This document shows positions 11,853-25,800 of a stretch of DNA of 64,000 nucleotides, one piece after another. The position numbers and the translations under genes are program-made. The notes under the pieces are model-generated. The model saw only the letters and a program-made list of their open reading frames with translations. It was not told the origin of the DNA and searched no databases. Origin of the DNA: Adineta vaga (lineage: Eukaryota; Animalia; Rotifera); the NCBI GenBank assembly GCA_021613535.1, contig CP075492.1, forward strand, positions 8,133,653 to 8,197,652, given 5' to 3'. Within the stretch, counting starts at the first letter, position 1. Every line of letters starts with the position of its first letter.

Positions 11853-12995
11853 ATGAACTCACATTCAAATCATACCGCAACACATGAAATAACAAATTCT
11901 TGCTCATACAACAAAATTATCTTCATAGTAGCGTTCGGTATCACAGCGTTGTACTTTCTTCATCCGTTTGTTTCTGTTGTAAATCGAGAATCTTTCATCG
12001 ACATCGTAGAATTTAGAAAAAAGAAATCGGCATCTCCTTTACAACGGACTCTTGGCTTTATTCGATGGAATAAACCTTATCGTGAGCACATTCCTCTTAT
12101 GGAAAAATATCAATCGTTCTTTGCTCAATTACATTATTCACTGCCAAACTACACAACGAATCTTGATTATAAGATCGATGGATTCGCACATGAAAATACA
12201 CCATACTATGCTGTAAGTGAAGTAATGAAAATTATACTACAACGATATCCATCTATTGAAGGATTACTTTACTTTCATTTTGATGTAAGTATTATCAAAC
12301 TATGACATGAGGGCAGAGTTAGAGTATTCTATTACACCTTTGAATATTATCTTATAAAAGTCTATTTATTTCCTGTTCAGACGTGGATACGACCGTTCAG
12401 ATTTGACGATATAGATTATAAGAAAATTTGGTTTCCTGTTAGAAATAATATACCTTTTCTATGTGAACCATCGACAAGCGTGCGGCAATGGGATATGGGA
12501 TTATTACACAATGCACAGAATTTCTCCAGTGAAGTAATAAGAATCTATATTGGTCGATTCGTAATTGACAAAACTGTATTCTGCAGATCGTAAGATGTAT
12601 TTTTCTATTTGCTTCAATTACAAATAACAATCATTTTTATATTTAGATGGTCCGATATCTATTATATACCTCGACGTTTCTTCAATGACTTTATTGATTT
12701 AAGTGATATATCCTATACAATTAATTTATTTCATGAGATAGCAATTCCAACAATGATCAATATTATAGATCTTAGTCATCGATTAACGCCTTTTCATACA
12801 GTTATTGCTCCACTTTCAGATTGTTTCGGACAATGCTGTTCGTTTGGTACAGGACCAAATGAACTTGTCGAAAGACGATGTGGTCATAGAATAGATTTAT
12901 CAAATGCTACTATTAGAAAATCATTTGCCGATGTATTAGATTTAGAGAATGCTTTTCTCAAAAAACTTTTGTCAAATCAATCAACGTTTTTCTGA
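11853..12995 (+). CDS. Uncharacterised type II membrane protein, 3 exons (11853..12284, 12381..12589, 12647..12995), ~329 aa
   Basis: ATG at 11853 and an N-terminal TM (IIFIVAFGITALYFLHPFV). Donor GAT|gtaagtatt and acceptor tcctgttcag|ACG. Donor TC|gtaagatg and acceptor atttag|ATGG. The splice phases are consistent (0, then 2). No confidently recognisable domain; possibly glycosyltransferase-like. Confidence 0.45.
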
Positions 12996-13815
12996 TGCAT
13001 TTTACTCTCATATTAGTTTAAAAGCAAGAATACAAAAATAAATAAGTAACATTGACATTTTGAGATAATTGGATAAAATGTTAAAGAACGGATGAGGATA
13101 TGATTGAGACAAGAATATTTTTACTGACAACTCGGCCGTTACTTATTCCGAATTCTTACTGAATTTTATGAGAAGAAAATAAAATATTTAAAAAAATATT
13201 TGGCATCAAAAGCTATTCTGGTGTTTTCTCTATTAACGAAAAAGGTGTGTGAATGAAAACTCAGGTATGCATATATAAAAGAACTTAAATCCAAATCCAA
13301 GATATAAATCGTTTGAGTCAAAATTGAAACTTCTGCTATCCAAAACATATACAGAATCTTCATTTTACAACTGTTGATATATGTGAGGAAGTGCATCAAG
13401 ACATCGAAAGAACTCATATACGCATCTCCTTGAAATAGCAGTTCACCAAGTAACTCTAAATTATTCTGCTCGTTTCATGTGAACGCTTAACATGAAAAAC
13501 TGTACATTGATTACACTCGCCTAATAGGGCATTCTCTTTTCATCAAGACAATACATGCTAGAATAAGCACTGAACTTTTAAATCAAACAATCAAAGACAG
13601 AAACTCATATACTGTACCACAGGGTTTACGTCAATGTTCAGTCACTGATTATATTTATTACAAAAAGTTAAAAACTGGATATTTCATTCACAAAAATTCA
13701 AATCACAATTCATATATGAAGTCTCAGTTCTTTTTCACCGGTAATCATCAAATGAAATTCTTCAAACATCTGCACTTCTCAGTCTGGAAAATTCCGCTCT
13801 CTGATCCATATAAAT

Positions 13816-16800
13816 CTATAAACAAAACAATATATTCTTTATAAAACAATCAGTTTTACATACCCTGTCAATTGCTGCTAACAATTCATCGATTTTCCTA
13901 GGAAAATGTTCGATTGGATCAAAGAATAATGAACGCATTCGACGATCTCGTTCAGCATAAACTTCCGATTGACTGCGCTTTCGCAAACCTAAAACAATCA
14001 ATCATTTCCCTCTCTCTCTCTCTCTTTCTCTCTGTTCAATAAACACTTTTACCTGTATATTGTATAAACTTCTTCCACATAAATGATAAAATTATTTGAT
14101 CTTCAATTCTTGTCTCTTTGGCTCGACGAAAACTATCATTGATAATCGAAAGAAACATACTCAAACAAACAAATACAACTACAAAAATAAATAATGTAAA
14201 ACAAAATGGACCAAGAAATGCACCAGCTTCAATCAATTCAGTCGCATCAAATTTCATCAATGTAATTTCAAATAACATTTGTGCTGTACTTAACAAACTT
14301 GAACAGGATGAAAGTTTTGAAACAAATAAAAGATAAAATAAAGTCAAATATGACATATATACAATTGAAAACATCAGAAAGAATTGAATTAATTCATTCG
14401 CAGCTATTCGAAGTGTTTCAGTAAATAATGATACACGATGATTAAAACGAAAGAAATGAACAAATTTTATCATTCCAAAAAAACAACAATAACCAAGTAA
14501 ATATGTTAAAATATCATTTACATATGCTGCAAGTTGTAAATTTATATAAACATAACCATTTGTCTTTTCAAATAAATTACTGACACGAGCACTTTCTCGA
14601 AAACGCCAAATATAAACTCCAACACTTGTCCACGAACAAACAATGATTCCTATTTGAATTATTGACCAAAATTGACGAAAATATCGAGTTTTCAATTGAA
14701 TTACTGATTGAATCTCAACTTTCATGAAATAAATTATAAATAACATACACAATATTGTACAAACAATTTGTAATACTGATGTAAATGCTAAATACAAATA
14801 TTCAAATTACATTCTCTTCTCTATTCAATTACAAACAATAATGAGAAAATACTTACTATAGAAATTAATTGGATCAAAACGAGCTGATGGAAATACTCCA
14901 CCTGTTAATAAGAATTCAGTTAATAATGTCACTGATGTTAATAATTTCACATTTGGATTATATAAAGTCATTTGAATAAATACAGCTCTTGTCTTACTAT
15001 CAATCCATTCTAATTGATGAAGTTGAGAAAGATTCTTTTTCATATCAGATAAACTTCCACGAAATTCATAAACATAACCACCACCTCGATATGTTTCATG
15101 TTCACCAACATAAGCATACGTATCTAACTCATCACTTGAACGATATCGAAATGCTTTCATTATTGATGAACTATACTTTCCCCCACTCATCGTCACCATT
15201 GTTGTTTCATTTATCCATCCTGGTTCAAATGATCGTTTGTCTTCATTAAATATACTATAACTATGTTCACATCTCGTTATAAGACGTTGATCATCACATA
15301 ATTCTGTTTTGATACGAAGTTGTCTCATCATTGCCCAACCAATCAATCGATTCGATTTATCATTCAAATATCCATTCAAATATCGTGCTGCATCACCATT
15401 GTACCATTGTTGTGCACGAAGATTATCAACAAAACTATTCTCTAACCAATTCCAATATTGTTCAATTGTCAAAATCTAAAATTAACATTTTCAAATCATT
15501 ACAGAATAAGAAAAGAAAAAGTCATCATCAACAAACCTTCGTATAATCAACACTACTTTGTCTTGTATTGAACAAATAACTACGAAGATGATTCACTTGA
15601 TGAAAACTATTTGCTTCACGATTTCCATATGTGATCAAAAAGATCAATGTTGCAAAGATGACATAGATGAGAAATTCATGAATTATTGACCACATTTGCA
15701 TTTCTTTTAGACGTTGTTCACGTGCATCTCTGATCTCATTCTCATTCAGTCGTTTGGCACTTTTCATTGTTTGTGGATTAAATATACCATGATTCTAAAC
15801 ACAACATCAAGAACAACATCTCTCATTCATCCCTAATAACATACTTCACTTCCATGAAGATCATTATCACCAGTATCATCGAATTCAATTCGATCATCAT
15901 CAATGTATTCACTTGCTTCTTTGTCATTTGTCGAATTTCGACAAAACAGTGCAAAAAATACTGCTAAACACAAGATCTAAATCAAATCAAACATATATGT
16001 ATGAACGAATGCAAATGACAAATGAGAGAGATAGGCTATGTACTTTGATTGGTTGAGTAAGAAGAATCGATGAAAAGAATCCAGTGAGAACAGATGTTAA
16101 CCATTGTTGAGTTTTGACATCACCAAATTCAATACCTCGTGCAATGATGAAAAGAATCGAAATGGCAATGATCGCAAATGATAGACCATAGGCAATAAAC
16201 AAACACCACCAAGGCAATGTTCTTGGTTGTTTCTTTCTTCGTGTTGATTCAACACTTTCCGAACTACAATGAAAAACAAAAGTGAACAACTCTCACAGAC
16301 GATAAATATAATATATATATACGAACAATGCTCGAGATGCGTTGATTTTATGTAATGCTTGACGTAATGGTGAAGTTTGTTGTCGAGATCGAATGCGACG
16401 AAAGAATTGAACAATAAAAAGACTTGGAATAAGTGTTAACAGTTCAACCATGACTCCAATTCCAATCTAATCACATTAACAAATAACAATATGAACAACT
16501 ATCACATTTCATCAAATGCACAAGCATTGATTTCCAACTGAATGTTGCTCTCTGTCTCTTTCACTCACTTCACTAATTATCTTACCTGTTGTGGTGTGAT
16601 GTAAAGAGGACCGATGACTAAACCATTCGTTTGTGTTTGATTTGCTGATTTGGCTTCATTTGATAAATCATAATACATGATATTGAGTAACATCGATACA
16701 AAAAATAAAACAAAACAGCAAGTACATCGTTGTACACGAGTAAATCGATTCGATGGTGGACGAGAAAAGATCGAAAACCACAAATGACCATCAGATACAC

Positions 16801-19800
16801 TATGATATGCTTTCTTCGATAATACATATGAAAACTCTTGTTTTTCCATTTCACCAGCAACTGGTAATATTCGTTCGATCTATATTCAAATAGAATAAAA
16901 CAATAATCACATTTTCTTTTTCAACTTACTCGTCCATCATCTTGTTCAACTGCCAACCATTTTTGAGCAATAAAATAAAACTTTTCCATTGTTTCAAGAT
17001 CACGAACAATGATATATTTCAAATACCATGATGCTGATGAACCTGCACCTGAATTATCATGCCAAATTCGAATATAATTCAACAATCCCAATGATCTAAA
17101 TATCATTTCATCAATTCTCTTCTTCACATTCATTTGTATTCGAACTTACTTTGGTACTGCCATGACAAAAGCATCAATACCACCACGTTGAAAGATCTTT
17201 CGATGTGGATCAGCTAATGCACGAATCTCTGTTTGATCGTCATCACCTGACAACACAAAATGAACCTAATTAAAAAAGACAATAAACAATCTTTTTCCTC
17301 ATCCATTCTTTTTCTCTCCGACAATCATTTACTTTTGATTCTGTACCAGCATTCGTTCGTTGACCAGTAAAAACAAGAATCTGATAATAATATTGATCAG
17401 ATCTACGATTATCACCCAATGGTGTCACTCCCAACTACAAAACAAAAAGAAAACATTCATTTTCACTTCAACTACTTTACATATTTACTTTTTCAATATC
17501 TTTCTTGTCTTTGAAACGACCATAAATCATTAGAATGATATAAAGTACCGATGTACAAATCATTGTCAAATACACAGTCTTATTTTTCATAAAATCAGCA
17601 TTCGCAAATACATAACTCCAATTGATCGGTGCAGGTAAAACAATAAATCCACCAGCAAATGTTGTCAAATGATTCGATAGACATTCAGTTTCATAATGAT
17701 TCGTCAATGGTCCAACCTATTTATTATTTTATACAAAAAATAAATAAATTAGATTCTCTTCAAATCAATAACAACACTATGACATCATCATCATCATACT
17801 TACAACTAATCCTTCTGATTTCCAATTATTATTCTCATCAAGATAATAACAACCTGATGTATAAATACGTAATTCATAATTCGATGTAAAATTACATTCT
17901 ATGTCTGTCACTGGTACACTACTATTATCTAATGTTTTATTATTCCAACAATATTCATTCATTTCCAAAATACTCAATTCACGTATACCAAATATCAATG
18001 ATTGATGATCTGATGTTTTTTCATTATCAATATAATATTTATACATCTTTTCATCATTTAACACTACAAAACAAAACAATAAATCAACACATCAAATTCA
18101 TACAAATAACTTCATTACTCGAAGGACAAAACATTGTCCATCCATCAATTGACTTGATTGAACTATTCAATTGTGGTGCTTGATCAAATTTATAAATAAA
18201 TAAATAACCTAAACTTTCATTCAATGATCGAATTTCAAAATGAACGGAAATCGAAAGTGAACTTGTGATATTAATATAATGTAAATGAAATAATACATGA
18301 TCAGATGTTGTTTTATTCACTGATGTAGTTACATTTTGAAGATACATTGATGAAATAATGATACTAGGATCACGAGGTATAATAACTTTGATTGGTGTAC
18401 TGCGATTTGTTGAAAATGGAATTTCATTTCCATTATTATCCACAAATGTTAATGCAACTGATCTCGAAAGATTTGTATTAGAAAAATTACCATTCACAGC
18501 AAGTGGATCCATTTTGGACTAAACACAACAACAACAACAGAGCATCAATTATCATCGCACATAAAAAACGAAAAGAAAGAAGAACTTACTCGAAGTGAAA
18601 ATGAACTATGATGATCTGTTGTATTCAATGTGAACTGAGATGGAAGATAAAATGAGGCAGATCCAACTTGTTTAATCGTTTTATTTGATAAAGATTCGAT
18701 CGATATTGTTTCTAATGACATAAATGTTTGTGATGTATTCATGAGTAAATTTTGACCAACATTCAAATGAATATTTAATGAAGATGTGACGAATGAAATG
18801 ATTTGTGTTGATTGAACTTGAATTTCATTGGCTAATTTCTTTTGATAATATAGATTTCGTCTTTGTTCAATTGAACTACTATCTGTACTATCGCTAGAAC
18901 CTGCATTTTGAAATGGAGACAAAATGAAACAATCCATAATGGTAATTGCAAATAATCTTACTTATACTTGACCATTCCGATTCAATGTCAGTATCATAAT
19001 CAGTTGAGATTGCATTGGCTCGTGACATATCCAAATCAAGTGAAAGTGTTCGTTCTTGTAATGGCCCATTGACACTCTAAAACGATCACAAATTCATCAT
19101 ATATTATCGTCATTTAAATCGAGTGGAAAGAAACACTTTCGATTTTCTTTTATACACAACGAACTAATCGAATTATGAATAGTGAATAAAGATATGTACT
19201 TCTCAACTATCAAAATATCTCTACTACCGTCAAGATGTTCGAAGCACATTGAATTAGTTGATTCGCTGCCACTTCCACATCTTCATACGGGATCTTTTGA
19301 GCCATCGAATACAGTACAACAGCTAAATCATAACATCTATTAGATGCAACTGTCTAAAATCATATGTGCCACATTCTTTCCTTTCATGTTTACAAATCAT
19401 CTTACCAAAGCTGATCTTGTCAACTGATTTGTTGATTGAGTCATTTGTGCTAATGTCGACGCTTGAAGTTTAATACTATTCGATGTTGTGATTGCAAGAT
19501 TTGTTACATATGATATCACATAATCTCTCATATTTGCTTGAGAATTCACTTCTTTACTATATTCAGCTAATGCAGATGCATTCACTGATGATGATGTCAC
19601 AGACTATTCAAATACACAGAAATCATCAAATCAAAACATATCTACTTTGACTTTGACTTACTCCATTGCCTCCTGAATTTGAGCTTCCCAATGATGATAT
19701 GGATACACTTGCAGCTGGTACTCCATCTAAACGAACAAACAAAAAGCAAGTGACGAACATTGTTTGCATCTCTAATCATTGTATCCTAATATATATATAT

Positions 19801-22800
19801 ATATATTCAATGAGATTTACTTGATATTGCTTTTTCACTACTTTCACTTTCCATCTGATTGAGTTGTTGTGAAAGTGATGTAAGAACTTGTCCAACAACA
19901 TTCTGATTTCCACTTGAAAGTAATTGTACCATTGGATTATTTGACAATGCTGCATCCGATGAACTCATTTGTACATTACTCATCAAATCATTCATGCTAA
20001 CACTATCAACAATCACTTGAACAGATGACATATTCACTTCTGTCACACAATCAACAAGATCTCGAACATAAATAATCATATGTAATAATGATGTTTGTTC
20101 ATCTCCAGCTGGTAACCGAACTTGAAATTGAGAAACAGATGAAAATGCAACCATTACTTTCTTTGATATATCACTTGTCCATACTACAATCATCATTTTA
20201 TACAAACATACATACATACATTGATCATATTCACAAACTTCTCTACATACCATATAATGAATAATCTTTGACTCCATCTTCATCATACCAATTGGGACAT
20301 GAAACAGTAAATGAACTTGTTGTTGTTCCATTCTTTGGATTCATCGTGCATGAACCATTCGAAGGCGATTGATTGATAACAAAATTCAATGCACTTGTAC
20401 TTGATTCATTTGCAAATTGATAAACAACTTCGAATCGCCATAATCGAATACTTGGATTATCAACAAATAAACGATATGATGCTGTAAAGTTACTTGTATT
20501 GCTTCCTAAAAAAACAAATGCATTTTCATTTTCATTCACACAAAACAACAACAACAACATCTTTACCAAAAAACCAAATATTCTCATATGTAATCATTCG
20601 ATCGAACAAAGTCCATTGAGTAGAATTCGAAGATGAATTACTATCACTTTTATAAATATTCCAATGAATATCGACAAGATTTTCACAAACTCCAACACAA
20701 AATGCAAACAATGCAACTTGTGTTGTTGGATTGACTAGTTGAAATTCAAGATTTGGTGAACATAATGTTGATATCACACAACTACAAGTACATGAAAACA
20801 GATCATCACATATATCTAACACTTAATCATTGAAATGACTTTACCCAATAACAACCAATTTTGGAAGTGTATCTTCGATTGTCACAGTAACAAAGCCTGT
20901 GGCTTGAATCGAAGCATTCTTGCGATTTTCCATATAAACCATGAATTGATACATTTGATTCGATTGAAGAGTACCAGACAGAAGTGTTAACGATGATTTT
21001 GGTGAAGAAGTCAAATTACCAAAGATTAAACCTGTTCCATTATCTTTATTTCAATATAAAATGAAAATAGATAGAAATTCTCATCAATCTCTATTCACCA
21101 TTCCTACCTGACCGATCCGACAAGCATGATGGATTCAATGGATCACTTTTCGAATTTTCAATTGTTAACAATCGTCCTTGACTATTTGGAAAATTATATG
21201 AACCATACCATCGACAATAATAGTCATATTTCCATTTCTAAACCAAAATAAAACATCATTTCATGCAATAAATACTCCTACAAATTCCAATAAACAACAA
21301 TCAATTCTTATCTACACGAATAACTGAGCATTGCCAAGCACAAATCTGCTCTTATCAATGATTGACTTACAAATGATCATCATTATCTACTAACATTCAT
21401 TTCAGTATAAAAATGTTAATTTATGACGATAGATTTCTATGCATGATCAAAAGATGACTGTTACTTACACTTGCATCGAATGCATCTTCATCAGGATCAA
21501 CTGAATACGATCCTGGATCAAGTTCAAGATCTTGTTCTTTACCACGTGTGATCATCGATGTTCCCAATGGAACAGGATTTGCTGTAATTCCTGATGGAGT
21601 TATCATGACATGAACTGAAGAAGATGATTTTGCACTTGGAAACTGTTTCATTGATACAGTTAAAGTCAGTTCATACATTCCATAAGCAAAAGTTCTTGAT
21701 GGAGCATAGAATTCACTCAACGTTGTACGGATCTTGTCACTCAATCCAATTCGATAGAGACATGAAGTCGAAGTACAATTCTTCACTGACCATTGTATCA
21801 GAGTTGTAAGTGATGCATTACAACGAAACTGAATTGTTGAACTGATGGAAAAATCTTGATTTCGTCGATATTGCAGTGGTGATGTCAAAGATGATCCACC
21901 AGGAATAAGTGTAATCGTCGGTGAATAACAAACTAATATTCAAATAACAAACATATACAGTCATAGTTTATGTCTTGCTACTGTAATATAATAATGTCAG
22001 ATATAGTTACCTTTGAACTCTTCTGTTGTTGTTACTGATGTTGTGGTTGACATTGGGTCATCTAAAAAGAATATATAGATATTTTCAGAGAGAGACACAA
22101 TGAACAACTATTTCAAGATAAATGAAAGTGATTAACATACCGGTAGACGTAATAGATGTAGTAGATGTTGCGGTGGATGTTGAAGTGGATGTAGTGGACG
22201 TGCTAGTAGACGTGCTGAATGAGGTGGTGGACGTGCTAGACGTGGTGGTGAATGTGCTGGTGGACGTGGCGATAGTAGTACTGGTGGACGTTGAAGTGGA
22301 TGTACTGGATGTGGTGGAAGACGTCGTAGTGGACGTGCTAGACGAGACGGTGGACGTACTGGACGTGGTGGTAGACGTCGTACTGGACGTGCTCGTGGAC
22401 GTTGAAGTGGATGTTGAACTGGATGTGATAGTGAATGTACTGGACGTGGTGGTAGAAGTACTGGTGGACGTTGAAGTGGATGTAGTGGACGTGGTGGTAG
22501 ACGTCGTAGTAGACGTGCTGAATGAGGTGGTGGACGTGCTAGACGAGATGGTGGATGTACTGGATGTGGTGGAAGACGTCGTACTGGACGTGCTCGTGGA
22601 CGTTGAAGTGGATGTTGAACTGGATGTGATAGTGAATGTACTGGACGTGGTGGTAGACGTCGTAGTAGACGTGCTGAATGAGGTGGTGGACGTGCTAGAC
22701 GAGATGGTGGATGTACTGGATGTGGTGGAAGACGTCGTACTGGACGTGCTCGTGGACGTTGAAGTGGATGTTGAACTGGATGTGGTGGTAGACGTGCTAG

Positions 22801-25800
22801 TTGAGGTACTGGATTGTGTTGCACTTGTCATCAAACTCGTTTCTTGCATATTATTTGTTCCAGTAGCTACTGTTGTTGGCACGCCAGATGTAAAAGGCAT
22901 CATACTCGTTTGAATCGTCGTCGGTGAGCCTGCAAATAATTAAGTTTAGACAGGTATTTCTTCACTCTAACACAGAACTAGTTGCTCAATATCACTTATT
23001 ATCTCTCTTTCAACAACTATGATATTCTCACTACTACTTCTTCCTCACAACAATTACTTACTACAATTCGTTTTCTGAGCAGAAAACATTTGAATTCGAC
23101 TATTATTTCGATCAGCAACATACATATTCCCATAACTATCAAATGCCATACTTTGTGGAAATGACAATTGACTTGCACTTGAACCACTAATACCATTACA
23201 ACCAACAATACATCGAAATCCATAAGGACCTGATCCAATGATTCGATGATTATAACTATCCACAATAAATAAATAACCGCTTTTATCCATCACAACTCCA
23301 CTAGGACAACGCAAAGTCATATCTCCGGATGATGAACCATTGCCAACAACAGTCTCTGCACTCATTTGTCCTATTGCTGACATACGCTGAATTCGATCAT
23401 TTCCACAGTCTGCAACATACAAGTTCATATTGCTATCCACATAGATTCCTTGAGGAAAACTAAGCATATTCGATGCTGATCCTGCACTTCCATTTCCTAA
23501 TATCACCCATGGAATACTTGTACCATTATTCAGTGAAACTTGTACTACTTGATGAATATCACGAAGTGAACAATACAAAGAATTATTACTATCAACAAAT
23601 AAACCATAACAACTTCCGTTCACCTTCATTACAGTCGTTACAATTGATGAATTAAATGAAAACTTATCTACTCGACCATTTGCATATCCATTATCAACAT
23701 AAACATCACCAGCCAATGAAACAAAAGTACTGTATGGACGATTCAAATTACCAGAGTTATTTCTTGTTGGTGTACTATCATACTGTGACCATATTAAAAC
23801 AATGTTATTCGATTGACTTGCAACATAAACAGTATTGATTCCATCAATGAAGATACCATAGGGTAATGAACCAATAGTAGTACTCGATGCAAATGTTGAT
23901 GCATTGGCAAACCATGAAGCATCGAAACAAAAGTTTGGTTGATTGTATGAAATACCTAGATGGACAAATGCATCAATTACCATTACAATAAAGTGTCTAC
24001 ATCAAAGAACGAATAGAAAACATCACTCACTACATGAATTGCTTGCTAAGAGAAACTTTTGAACTCGATAATTGACTTGATCAGCAACAAAGATATTTCC
24101 ATAACTATCGAAACTGAATTCTCGTGGACTATTCAGTTGACTAGATGATGAACCTGCAACTTTTGTACAACCAAACAAACATCGAAATCCATATGGACCT
24201 GATCCAATGAGTCGATTATTGTAGTTATCAGTTACAAATAAATATCCATTACCATCAAATGCAATATCATTTGGACAGTCAAATGTAAAGGTACCTGGTG
24301 CACCATTACCAGCTATGGTAATAGCATTCATTTGTCCCAAAGGAAACATTTGAATTCGATCATTACCACAATCTCCAACATATAAATTAAACTGATAGTC
24401 AACATAAATTCCACAAGGATAGTAAAGATCGCTTGCAGCTGAACTAGCACCACCTGTACCAGCTGCTATTGTATTAGTTGTGTCATTATTAGACAACCAT
24501 TTCTTTGCAACTCGATGACTGCCAGTCATTGAACAGTAGAGAGTATTAGTTGTGTCGACAAACAGATCATAACATTGTGCAGTAATTGTCATAGCCGATA
24601 TACCACTCGTGGAACTTGGACCCCATTTGTCTACTCGACCGTAACTGAGACCATTATCAAGATAAATATCACCGGAAAGTGTTGCGAAAATACTTAATGA
24701 TCCATCCATTCCACCAGTCAAATTTCTGTCAGGAAGAATACTTCCTTCTCTCCATACATATGATTGATCATTTAGCCAGCTAGGTATATAAACAGTATTA
24801 TTAACATCAACGAAGACTCCATAAACATAAGTATTAAGTATTCGAGTGTCTGCAAAAGTAACACCATCAGTATACCAAGTGGCGGATGGACAAAACTTCG
24901 GCTGATTGAAAGAAAAAGCTAGAATGAAACAAATAAAACTTAATGAGAAGAAAAATCACTACCTTCATGTCATGTCATCAATGTTTAAACATAGTTTTCA
25001 ACAAAGACTCAATTATAAGAAATCGTTCGTGAGATCAAAATCGACCACTCATTCGCATCATCAATATCGCTCATTGAACAGTCGATATATTCACAACTAT
25101 CTATCACCCTATTACTGAGTACATCATACTTACGATAAGTCGTATTTGGTTGTAGAATAAACTTTTGTATACGATAATTAATTCGATCAGCGACATAGAT
25201 ATTTCCATAGCTGTCAAAACTCATAGTTGATGGCAAATACAAACCACTTGATGTGCTACCAGCAGCGCCTGTACATCCAACTAAACAACGAAAACCATTC
25301 GATCCTGATCCAACAATACGATGATTACTACTATCCAAAATGAACAAATATCCATCACCGTCCAGCATCACATCACTAGGACAACTGAGTGAAATGGTCC
25401 CTGCGGCTGATGCACCTGCTATTGTAGTTGCAACTAATTGCCCTGATTGAAAGAGTTGAACGCGATTATTGCCACAATCAGCAACATACAGATTGAGAGA
25501 AGTGTCTACAAAAATCCCACGAGGCAAATAAAGCTTATTAGCAGTTGAACCAGAACAGTATGTTCCAGCACCGATAGTCCACATCGTAGAATTGTTATTT
25601 AACGATGTCATTGCAACTTGATGATAATCATACAATGAACAATAAAGATTGTTGCTGACATCAATAAAAATATCATAACATATATATTTAACAGACATGA
25701 CTGATGTTCGTATTGTTCCATTTGATGTATATTTATCAACACGCTTATATGAATATCCATTATCAATATAAATATCACCTGTTACTGTAGCAAAAATACT

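Noticed and set aside
22122-22913. 263-aa plus-strand ORF (DVVDV-rich) and 230-aa minus-strand Pro/Arg-rich ORF (22132..22824), both overlapping the S/T repeat exon
   Set aside because: Both are alternative-frame or antisense read-throughs of the 156-bp tandem repeat. Only the Ser/Thr frame on the minus strand is connected by canonical splice sites to the neighbouring NHL and REJ exons.
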